Part shown: piece by piece, positions 54,635 to 62,777 of the stretch
How positions within the stretch are numbered: the first letter of the stretch is position 1
How the letters are laid out: the number at the start of each line of letters is the position of its first letter
Origin: Myxococcota bacterium
GTDB taxonomy: Bacteria; Myxococcota_A; UBA9160; UBA4427
Direction: 5' to 3'
Length of the DNA: 64,000 nucleotides
NCBI GenBank assembly: GCA_965223565.1
Contig: CBDCWV010000011.1
Span: 132,600-196,599 of the forward strand
The notes under the pieces: generated by a model
Databases searched by the model: none
What the model was told of the DNA's origin: nothing
What the model saw: the letters and a program-made list of their open reading frames with translations, nothing else
Position numbers and translations under genes: made by a program

Positions 54635-54658
54635 GGAACGGAAGGTCCGACGATTGTC
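54635..54658 (+). promoter_or_regulatory. candidate ECF-type promoter (GGAAC-N16-GTC) upstream of the sigma gene
   Basis: GGAAC at 54635-54639, GTC at 54656-58, about 136 nt upstream of ATG 54794. Motif match only. Confidence 0.2.
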
Positions 54659-54793
54659 CCGGAATCACATCGAATTCATCTGGCCCGGGAACCTTCGAGC
54701 GACTCGCGCCCCCGGGTCCGCATGGAGTCGTGCGACAGGACGGCCGTGGCAGCGGTCGCGAACCGCGATCGGACCGCCGAGAGACCAGCGGCC

Positions 54794-55339
54794 ATGGCGG
54801 GTGTGAGACGTTCTCCGGTTGCCATCACGGACGGGATCGAGACCCTCCCGCTCGATCGAATTCGCGCCGCGCAGCGAGGCGACCTGCTCGCGCTCGGCGA
54901 TCTCCTCGATCGGCTGCTGCCATGGATCGGAAGAATCTGCGGCTCGATCGCACTCGACGCCGGCCCCGACGCAGCCCAGGAGACGGCGATCCAGGTGATG
55001 CGCGACTTGCCGGGACTGCGAGAGCCGACCCGGCTTCGGGCCTGGGTCCGACGGATCGCGACGCGCGAAGCGATCCGACATGCGGAGCGACGCCGACGCG
55101 AGCCACTGCTCGCGGAAGTCGACGAGCGTCGCGCCGTCGGCTTCGACCCGTCGCTCGCCCGGGACGTGGCGACCGTATTGGGCGAGCTCTCCCCCGACCA
55201 GCGCGCGATCCTCGTCCTACGCGATCTCGAGGGACTCTCCGAGGCCGAAGCAGCCGATCTGCTCGGTCTCGCCCAGGGCACGATCAAGTCCCGGCTGCAT
55301 CGCGCCCGCGATGCCTTCCGCAAGAGGTGGCCGTCATGA
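54794..55339 (+). CDS. ECF (sigma-70 family group IV) RNA polymerase sigma factor
   Basis: ATG 54794. Region 2 'AAQETAIQVMRDLPGLREPTRLRAWVRRIATREAI'; region 4 'LSPDQRAILVLRDLEGLSEAEAADLLGLAQGTIKSRLHRAR'. Confidence 0.9.
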   Translation: MAGVRRSPVAITDGIETLPLDRIRAAQRGDLLALGDLLDRLLPWIGRICGSIALDAGPDAAQETAIQVMRDLPGLREPTRLRAWVRRIATREAIRHAERRRREPLLAEVDERRAVGFDPSLARDVATVLGELSPDQRAILVLRDLEGLSEAEAADLLGLAQGTIKSRLHRARDAFRKRWPS

Positions 55340-55917
55340 GTGATGAAGAAACAGGGCGAGCAGTCCGCCCGGGGACGCGATCCGGGACGAATACGATTGG
55401 ATCCGCGCCGGATCGCGATCGCCCGCTCGCAGTCGACCACTATGCCTGGCCGGCCGCCGAGCTCGACCCGGTCGCACGCATGCGCGCGCTCTCGGCGGGG
55501 CTGCCCCATGCCGCCACGGGTGAAGCCGTGTTCGAGGCCCGCTTCGACGTGCTGTGGCGATTCATCACCGACTTCGAGCGATCGACCCCACGATTCGAGG
55601 GCACGGTCGGGCGCATCCGCGTGCTGGAGCGCAGCGCGTCAGCCGACGCGCCCGACGCCGAAACGCTCCGCCTCGAAGCCAAGGGTCCCGTCTCGGGCCC
55701 CTGGCAACGATTCGATGTCGTCCTGCGCCCCGGCTGGTGCCTGATGCAGTCTCGCCTCGGCCAGGTCGGCATGGCGGCGCGGCCCGAGAACGAGGCGACG
55801 ACGCGCTTCTTCCACTTCGAGGGCACGCGTCGGCTGGGCCGACTCGCGCGTCCCCTCTTCGCCTGGAACATCCGGCAGGATCTTCGCCGCCTGCGGAACC
55901 TGCTCGAAGACGCCTAG
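55336..55917 (+). CDS. SRPBCC (START/Bet v1-like) fold protein, sigma-coupled
   Basis: ATG 55336 overlaps the sigma stop (ATGA). 'FEARFDVLWRFITDFERSTPRFEGTVGRIRVLER...' resembles the SRPBCC N-terminal strand-helix pattern. No TM helix and no HxxxCxxC motif. Fold call is from memory. Confidence 0.55.
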   Translation: MSDEETGRAVRPGTRSGTNTIGSAPDRDRPLAVDHYAWPAAELDPVARMRALSAGLPHAATGEAVFEARFDVLWRFITDFERSTPRFEGTVGRIRVLERSASADAPDAETLRLEAKGPVSGPWQRFDVVLRPGWCLMQSRLGQVGMAARPENEATTRFFHFEGTRRLGRLARPLFAWNIRQDLRRLRNLLEDA

Positions 55918-55971
55918 CTGTCTGCGGAAAACGCTCCGGATGATGATAGAAGATGATCCGGGGGGTGTTGG

Positions 55972-56198
55972 ATGCGCGGCGACGACCGGAAGCAGGGTTC
56001 GATGTTCGGCTTCGTCTCGCTGGAGGCTCGGGTCCCCTCCGATTACCCGCTCCGACCGATGCGAGCGATGGTGGCTCGAGCCCTCGAGTCGATCTCGTCG
56101 GACTTCTCGGAGATCGACTCGACAAGGGGAAGACCCACTTCACGGCGGCGGCGTACAAGCTGGTGCGACTCCGCGGCATGGCCGCCGCCCCCACATGA
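55972..56198 (+). mobile_element. IS5/IS1182-family transposase relic (internal deletion, frameshifted)
   Basis: Frame 1: 'QGSMFGFVSLEARVPSDYPLRPMRAMVARALESISSDFSEIDSTRGRP' matches the InsH/DUF772 N-terminus. At about 56136 it abuts, in another frame, 'HFTAAAYKLVRLRGM...*', the typical C-terminal tail of the same transposases. The catalytic core is absent. Confidence 0.75.
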
Positions 56199-56425
56199 AG
56201 CACTTCGCGGTGTGGAACGACGCCATGCTCCATCGTCCCGCGCGGCCCGGCCGGGGGCCGTCACAGCGCATGTGAATGTGAGGCGCGCCGGGCTGGGTGC
56301 CCGATGCATCATGCGGCCCGCCCGCGCGCCGAGCGGGTTCAGAGCATGGGGCGGCCACCGGACGAGACGCCCTGCACGGCAGACCACGGCGTTTATCCGC
56401 GGCCTGCTCGCCCACCCGCGTCGAT

Positions 56426-57937
56426 TCAGCCCAGGAAGAGCGATGCTGCGGGATTCTGCGTCTCCTCGACCCAGCCATATCCCAGCTCTTCGAGCAGCGC
56501 CGCGAAGGCGTCGGTTTCCGAAGCGGGGACCTCGAGTCCGGCGAGTACGCGACCGTAGGCGGCGCCGTGGTTGCGGTAGTGGAAGAGGCTGATGTTGAAG
56601 CGCCCTCCGACACGCTCGAGAAAGCGAACGAGTGCCCCGGGACGCTCGGGAAACTCGAAGCGGAAGAGGCGCTCGTCGGCACGCTCGGCGCGGCCCCCGA
56701 CCATGAACCGCACGTGGAGCTTCGCCATCTCGTTGCCGCTCATGTCGACGACCGCGAAGTCGGCCCGTTCGAGATCGCGCATCACACCCGACCGCTCGGC
56801 GGCACCCCCGGTGAGCCCGACGCCCACGAAGACATGCGCTGCGTTGGGATCTCCGTAGCGGTAGTTGAACTCCGTCACGGCGCGATCGCCCAACGCGCGA
56901 CACAGCTCGCGAAACGCACCCGGTACCTCGGGAATCGTGACCGCGAGCAGTGCCTCTTCCTGCTCGCCGAACGCGGACCGCTCCGCGACATGACGCAGGC
57001 GGTCGAAGTTCATGTTCGCGCCGCTATCGATCGCGACGAGCGTCGCTTCGCGCACGGAATCGCGCTCGACCCAGCGCTTCAAGCCCGCCACTGCGAGCGC
57101 GCCGGCCGGCTCGGCGATCGATCTGGTGTCGTCGAAGACGTCGCGAATCGCCGCACAGATCTCGTCGACCGAGACCGTGACGACCTCGTGCACCGCCTCA
57201 CGCAGGATCGCGAAGGGTGCGTCCCCGATCCGCCGAACCGCGACGCCGTCGGCGAAGAGGCCGACGGGACCGACATCGACCGGCCGCCCCGCAACGAGCG
57301 CGGCGCGGAGACTCGCGGCGTCGTCCGGCTCGACACCGACGATCCGCGTATCGGGCGAGATTCGCTTCACATAGGCCGCGATACCCGCAGCGAGGCCGCC
57401 ACCGCCGACCGGGACGAAGATCGCATCGATTGGGCCACCATGTTGGCGCAGGATCTCGAGACCGATCGTGCCCTGCCCCGCGATCACGTCCGGATCGTCG
57501 TAAGGATGCACGAAGACGCGCGCATCCCGCTCTTCGAACGCGCGCGCAGCCTGCGCGGCCTCGTCGTAGCCATCCCCTTCGAGGACGGCATCGGCGCCGA
57601 GCCGGCGGACGGCCTCGACCTTGATTCGCGGTGTCGTCCGCGGCATCACGATCCGCGCGTCGACGCCCAGGCGAGCGGCTGCGAGCGCGACGCCCTGGGC
57701 ATGATTGCCCGCGGAGGCCGCGACGACGCCGCGCGCCCGCTCGCGCTCGGAAAGCTGGCGGATACGGTTGTAGGCGCCGCGCAGCTTGAACGAGAAGATC
57801 GGTTGGAGATCTTCCCGCTTGATCAGGACGCGATTGCCCGTGCGCGCAGACAGGAGCACCGCCGGGTCGAGTGGCGTCTCGATCGCGACGTCATAGACGG
57901 GCGCGCGCAGGATCCGTTCAAGCCAGTCCTCAGCCAT
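56426..57937 (-). CDS. ilvA: threonine ammonia-lyase, biosynthetic
   Basis: ATG 57937. PLP site 'SFKLRGA', 'GNHAQG', 'VGGGGL'. Two C-terminal ACT-like regulatory repeats. Confidence 0.95.
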   Translation of the reverse strand: MAEDWLERILRAPVYDVAIETPLDPAVLLSARTGNRVLIKREDLQPIFSFKLRGAYNRIRQLSERERARGVVAASAGNHAQGVALAAARLGVDARIVMPRTTPRIKVEAVRRLGADAVLEGDGYDEAAQAARAFEERDARVFVHPYDDPDVIAGQGTIGLEILRQHGGPIDAIFVPVGGGGLAAGIAAYVKRISPDTRIVGVEPDDAASLRAALVAGRPVDVGPVGLFADGVAVRRIGDAPFAILREAVHEVVTVSVDEICAAIRDVFDDTRSIAEPAGALAVAGLKRWVERDSVREATLVAIDSGANMNFDRLRHVAERSAFGEQEEALLAVTIPEVPGAFRELCRALGDRAVTEFNYRYGDPNAAHVFVGVGLTGGAAERSGVMRDLERADFAVVDMSGNEMAKLHVRFMVGGRAERADERLFRFEFPERPGALVRFLERVGGRFNISLFHYRNHGAAYGRVLAGLEVPASETDAFAALLEELGYGWVEETQNPAASLFLG

Positions 57938-58655
57938 GCGCGACGCGCTCCCCTTCGTCTGCACGCAGCGCCTGCAGAGCCACGGCTGCGGCAACGGCCG
58001 CCGTCTCGATTCTGAGATTGTGCGGCGACAGGGAGACCGGGCGAGCCGACGATCGAGCGAGCGCGCGAATCTCGGCCTCACGGAAGCCCGCCTCGGGCCC
58101 GATCACCACGAGGCGCGTCCGAGGCGGCAGCGCGCCCGCCGCTCCCGTCCGCTCGCCGTAGACGATTCCCACCCCGACTTCCGCGGCCCGCTCGAGGACG
58201 CTCTCGAGCGAGGCGGGCGGGCGAATCTCGAGCCGCCACGCGCGGCGCGCGACCTTGCAGCTCTCCAGCAGGATCCGCTCGAGCCGTGGCGCTGTCGGGT
58301 CGAGCGTACGCACGACCGACTCCTCGAGCACGAGCGGCTGCCAAACGTCGACACCCAGCTGTGTCGTCATCTGCAGCAGCGTCGAGAGCCGATCACCCTT
58401 CGGAATCGCCGTCGCGAGCCGCAGGGAATCGCGCGTCCGATCGACGCGTCGAACGCCGAGGAGCGTGATGCGACAGCTACGCCGACCGAGCTGCTCGATG
58501 CGTGCGTCGGCCAGCCCGCCCCGACCGTCGAACGCCACCAGCGAATCGCCCTCGCGCAGCCGCCTCGCCGTCACGTGGCGGGACTCTTCCGGTGACAGCA
58601 CGTGCGTCGAGCCCGTGGATGCGAGCGCTGCGACGTAGACCCAGAGCGCGCTCAC
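57930..58655 (-). CDS. rsmE: 16S rRNA (uracil1498-N3)-methyltransferase
   Basis: 241 aa. 'EESRHVTARRLREGDSLVAFDGRGG', 'VIGPEAGF...E', 'LSPHNLRIETA'. GTG start overlaps the upstream stop (GTGA). Confidence 0.85.
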   Translation of the reverse strand: MSALWVYVAALASTGSTHVLSPEESRHVTARRLREGDSLVAFDGRGGLADARIEQLGRRSCRITLLGVRRVDRTRDSLRLATAIPKGDRLSTLLQMTTQLGVDVWQPLVLEESVVRTLDPTAPRLERILLESCKVARRAWRLEIRPPASLESVLERAAEVGVGIVYGERTGAAGALPPRTRLVVIGPEAGFREAEIRALARSSARPVSLSPHNLRIETAAVAAAVALQALRADEGERVAHG

Positions 58656-59575
58656 GCCTTCCGCGCCCCCATTCGCGCCGGATTCAGGTAGACGTCGAAA
58701 CGGACGAGCTTCGTCTCGCTGGCGAAGTCCACGCCGTCCACGAGCGGCTTCGCATGATGCGGGCGCTTCACGACGACGCGTGCCGCGCGGGCACGCGCCG
58801 CCTCGATCAGCTCGACCTGCTCGTCCAGCCGCGCCTGGCCGCGGGCTGCGGCGGACTCGGCAAGCCAGGCGCGCATCACCTGGAGCGCCCGCTTCGGTTT
58901 CGCACTCGCGCGCCGCGGCGCGGGATACATGGGATCGAAGTAGACTCCGATATCCGGCGCGGCGATGTCGGCGATGACGTCGGTCGCCTCGGCCTCCGAG
59001 AAGGCGAGACGCGCGGCCACGCCTGCCGGCACGTGCTCGCCCGCGCAGGCCGAGGCCCAGCCGCTCGCGAGTAGGGCGTAGACGACGGGATCCCTCTCGA
59101 CGGCGAGGACGCGATAGCCGGCCGCTGCGAGACGGTAGGCATCGGCGCCGAGTCCAGCGCTCAGATCGTGGATGCAGTCGATGCGACGCCCGAAAGCCCG
59201 GGCGAGCGGGTTGCGTGCCTGGCTTGGGCCCGCATCCCGATCGGGCGGGAATTCGGCTCGGATCCCGGGACGTCGATGTTCGCCGGGGGGGCGAAGCTCG
59301 AGCGCACCCCCGGCAATCGCGAGCAGGAAGACGCCCTGCCCGATCGCATCCCGACGATCCGACTGCGCGAACCGAGCCGCGACGGATGCGGGCAAGGTCT
59401 CGAGCGGAACGTCGGGCGCGAGACGCAGTCGCTCGGCGCCTGCGTCGAGCCCGGGCGATCTCGCCTCACCCGCTCCGACCCACGCCGCCTCCCCGCGAAC
59501 CGTCGCGGGCACGCGGGCGGAGTCGCGCCGACGGGACCGGTCCGACTTCGGGCCCTCCGTCGTCCGCGCGATCAC
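58652..59575 (-). CDS. rsmJ: SAM-dependent methyltransferase, RsmJ (16S m2G1516)-like
   Basis: 'DLSAGLGADAYRLAAAGYRVLAVERDPVV', 'YFDPMYPAPRRASAKPKRALQVMR', 'VVVKRPHHAKPL' parallel E. coli RsmJ. The start is uncertain because the N-terminal ~60 aa are poorly conserved. Confidence 0.65.
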   Translation of the reverse strand: MIARTTEGPKSDRSRRRDSARVPATVRGEAAWVGAGEARSPGLDAGAERLRLAPDVPLETLPASVAARFAQSDRRDAIGQGVFLLAIAGGALELRPPGEHRRPGIRAEFPPDRDAGPSQARNPLARAFGRRIDCIHDLSAGLGADAYRLAAAGYRVLAVERDPVVYALLASGWASACAGEHVPAGVAARLAFSEAEATDVIADIAAPDIGVYFDPMYPAPRRASAKPKRALQVMRAWLAESAAARGQARLDEQVELIEAARARAARVVVKRPHHAKPLVDGVDFASETKLVRFDVYLNPARMGARKA

Positions 59576-59582
59576 GGAGCAC

Positions 59583-62500
59583 TCACGATGCGCGTGGCTC
59601 GTCGACGGGCCCGAAGACCGAGTAGACGATCGCGACGCTGCGACCGGCGAGCGACTTCACATCTTCGACGACCAGCATGGCCGCCGGAATCATCAGGAGC
59701 GTGAAGAAGGTCGCTACCAGCACGCCGAAGCCGAGCGAGATCGCCATCGGGATCACGAACTGCGCCTGGGTCGAGCGCTCGAGCATGACGGGAAGCAGCC
59801 CGGCGAAGGTCGTCGCCGAGGTCAGCATGATCGGACGGAAGCGGCGGCCTCCCGCCAGGATCGCGGCTTCGCGCACGGAGTGTCCGGCGTCGCGCAGTCG
59901 ATTCATGAACGAGACCAGGACCAGGCTGTCGTTCACGACGACGCCCGCGCAGGCCATCACGCCGACCATGGACAGGAAGCTCATCTCGAAGTTGCAGACC
60001 CAATGCCCGAAGACGGCCCCGACGTAGCCGAACGGAATCGTCAACATGATCACGATCGCCTGGAGATAGGAGCGCAGCGGCACCGCGATCAGCGTGAAGA
60101 TCGCCAGCACGGCGACGAACGCAGCGATACGCAGGCTGCCCATCGCCTCCTTCATCTCCTTCTGTTCGCCCTGGAAGCCCCAGTCGATCTCGGGATGGCG
60201 CGCCAGGATACCCGGCATCACCTCCGTCTCGATCGACTCCGCGATCTCGACCGCATTCGCCGTCTGCTCGTCGAGATCGGCCGTCACCTCGACGCGCCGC
60301 TCGCCATTGATGCGTCGCAGAGAGGCCGCTCCGCGCCCGAGCTCGGCCGTGGCCACCGACGGGAAGGGCACGGCGCGACCGTCGGGCAGTCGGATGCGCA
60401 GGGTCTCGACGTCGCGCAGCGAGCGACGCTCGGCCGCGGGATAGCGAACCATCACCTTGACCTCGTCGGGACCGCGTTGGATGCGCTGGACCTCGGCACC
60501 GTAGAACGCCTGTCTCACCTGCCGACCGACCTCCGCGACGGAGAGACCGAGCGATTCCGCTTCGGGACGGATCTCGATCTGCAGCTGTTGCTTGCCGTCG
60601 CGGTGGGAGTCCCGGATGTCGCTCACACCCGGATAGCGCGCGAGCGCACTGCTCAGCTCCTCGGCGGCCGCCTTCAGCGCGTTCATGTCGTCGCCCCGCA
60701 GCTCGACCGCGATCGGGTCGCCGAAATTCCGCATCAGGCCGCTGAACGTCAGCTCCTCGGCGCCGGGAATCGCTCCGGTCAGCGTGCGCCAGCGATCGGC
60801 GATCGCCTTCGCCCCGATCGAGCGCCGTTCCGACGGGCTCAGCTCGACCGTCACCTGACCGAGATGAGGCTGACCCAGATCACCGGGCCGATCGGTCGGG
60901 CTGGCGCCGCGATGGGCGCCGACCATCGTCAGCACGTGTTGCACGATCGGCGGCTCGTCCGGCACCGCATTCGCCTCGAGCTCGGCGCGCAGCTCTTCGA
61001 GCGCCGCTCCGATCCGCGCGACGGCGTCCTCCGTCTCGTGCACCGGCGTACCGAGCGGCATCGTGACCCGCGCAAAGACGTTGTCGGCCTCGCTCGAGGG
61101 CATCATCACGGACTTGACGCGGCCCCCCGCCACGAGACCGAGCGCGACCAGGAAGATGGCCGCCGCGACCGCGATCGTGAGGTAGCGCCACTCGACCGCG
61201 CGCTCGACCGCCGGCCGGTAGCAGCGCGCGAGAAAGCGCTCGAGACCGTCGTTGACCCGCTCCTGCAGACGAGCCCAGGCCTTCGAGAACGCGAATCGCG
61301 GCGCCTGTCCGACACCCGACCCATGGGCGAGATGCGACGGCAATACGAGCTTCGATTCGATCAGCGAGAAGAGGAGCGCTACGCACATCACGCCGCCCAT
61401 CGCGGTCGCCATGAACTGGGCATCGCCTTCGATCAGGGCGAAGGGCGCGAAGGCCGCCACCGTCGTGAGCACGCCGAAGATCACGGGCGTGGCGACCTCC
61501 TGCGTCCCGCGGACCGCGGCACCCATCGGGTCGTCGGGCGTCTGCGCCTGATGCGTGAAGATGTTCTCACCCGTCACGATCGCGTCGTCGACGAGAATCC
61601 CGAGGGCCATGATGAACGCGAAGACCGTCAGGATGTTGATGTCGATTCCGACCGTCGGCATCACCATCAGCGCGCCGGCGACCGAGACCGGCAGACCCAT
61701 CGCCACCCAGAATGCGACCCGGAACTTGAGGAAGAACGCGAGCAGCCCGATCACGAGAAAGAAGCCCATGCGTGCGTTGCCGAGCATCATGTCGATCCGC
61801 TCGCCCAGGTATTTCGAGTCGTCGTCCCAGACGGTGAGCTTGGCGCCCGCCGGCAGCTCCCGGCGCGCCTCGTCGAGGTAGCGATGGACCTTCTCGGCGA
61901 CGGCGAGCGCCTGCTGTTCGCCGACGCGGTAGACCTGTACGAAGACGGCGGGCTCCCCATCGAAGGTCGTCGTCTTGACGTTCTCCTCGAAGCCATCGAC
62001 GACGCGGGCCACCTCGCCGACGGTCACGCGGGTGCCGTCGTCGCGGGTGAGCAACGGGACCGCCTCGAATTCACGTCCCCAGTAGGCTTGATTGTCGGTG
62101 CGCAGCAGGATCTCGCCCGCGTCGGTCTTGATGCCGCCGCCGGGCATGTCGATCGACGTCCGGCGAATCGCCGCGACGACGTCGTCGAAACGCAGCCCGT
62201 AGCTCTCGAGCGCGCCCTCCGAGACTTCGATCGAGATCTCGTAGGGCCGAGTCGCAGCGAGGTCGACCTGAGAGACGCCGGGCAGTCGCGCGATCTCGTC
62301 GCGCAGGCGCTGGCCCAGGGATTTCAGACTCTTCTCGTCGAGGGGGCCGTGGATCGCGATGTCCATCACGCCCATCCGCATCTGCAGCTCGGAGACGATC
62401 GGCTCCTCGATCTCCTCGGGAAAGGTCGAGATGCCGTCGACGCGGCTCTCGAGCTCGTCGAGCGCCTTGGCGAGATCGGTCCCGTTCTCGAGCTCGACGA

Positions 62501-62777
62501 TCAGGTTCGTCGCGCCTTCGTTGGCCGACGAGGTGAGCTCTTCGATGCCTTCGACGTCCTCGATCTCCTCCTCGATCCGAACGGTGACCGATCTCTCGAT
62601 CTCCTCGGGAGACGAGCCCGGATACACGACCGTGATCGAGACGTAGTCGAACTCGAAGTCGGGCATGATCGTCTGCTTGATCCGCGGAGCCGTCAGCAGA
62701 CCGCCGATCAGGATCGACGCCATCAACAGATTCGCCGCGACGTGATTCTGCGCGAACCACGCGATCGCGCGGTTCAC
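59583..62777 (-). CDS. RND efflux transporter permease (AcrB/HAE-type)
   Basis: GTG 62777 overlapping the adaptor stop (GTGA). 'IAWFAQNHVAANLLMASILIGG', 12-TM/two-porter-domain architecture, 1064 aa. The 157-codon upstream extension in the track is antisense-quality sequence. Confidence 0.9.
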   Translation of the reverse strand: MNRAIAWFAQNHVAANLLMASILIGGLLTAPRIKQTIMPDFEFDYVSITVVYPGSSPEEIERSVTVRIEEEIEDVEGIEELTSSANEGATNLIVELENGTDLAKALDELESRVDGISTFPEEIEEPIVSELQMRMGVMDIAIHGPLDEKSLKSLGQRLRDEIARLPGVSQVDLAATRPYEISIEVSEGALESYGLRFDDVVAAIRRTSIDMPGGGIKTDAGEILLRTDNQAYWGREFEAVPLLTRDDGTRVTVGEVARVVDGFEENVKTTTFDGEPAVFVQVYRVGEQQALAVAEKVHRYLDEARRELPAGAKLTVWDDDSKYLGERIDMMLGNARMGFFLVIGLLAFFLKFRVAFWVAMGLPVSVAGALMVMPTVGIDINILTVFAFIMALGILVDDAIVTGENIFTHQAQTPDDPMGAAVRGTQEVATPVIFGVLTTVAAFAPFALIEGDAQFMATAMGGVMCVALLFSLIESKLVLPSHLAHGSGVGQAPRFAFSKAWARLQERVNDGLERFLARCYRPAVERAVEWRYLTIAVAAAIFLVALGLVAGGRVKSVMMPSSEADNVFARVTMPLGTPVHETEDAVARIGAALEELRAELEANAVPDEPPIVQHVLTMVGAHRGASPTDRPGDLGQPHLGQVTVELSPSERRSIGAKAIADRWRTLTGAIPGAEELTFSGLMRNFGDPIAVELRGDDMNALKAAAEELSSALARYPGVSDIRDSHRDGKQQLQIEIRPEAESLGLSVAEVGRQVRQAFYGAEVQRIQRGPDEVKVMVRYPAAERRSLRDVETLRIRLPDGRAVPFPSVATAELGRGAASLRRINGERRVEVTADLDEQTANAVEIAESIETEVMPGILARHPEIDWGFQGEQKEMKEAMGSLRIAAFVAVLAIFTLIAVPLRSYLQAIVIMLTIPFGYVGAVFGHWVCNFEMSFLSMVGVMACAGVVVNDSLVLVSFMNRLRDAGHSVREAAILAGGRRFRPIMLTSATTFAGLLPVMLERSTQAQFVIPMAISLGFGVLVATFFTLLMIPAAMLVVEDVKSLAGRSVAIVYSVFGPVDEPRAS

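Noticed and set aside
54133-55335. Reading 54133-55917 as one 594-aa protein, and 54194-54793 as a long N-terminus of the sigma factor
   Set aside because: The upstream parts are Arg/Pro/Ser-rich, overlap the DUF3604 gene antisense, and include the intergenic region. The conserved sigma and SRPBCC sequences begin at internal ATGs (54794, 55336), the latter with ATGA coupling.
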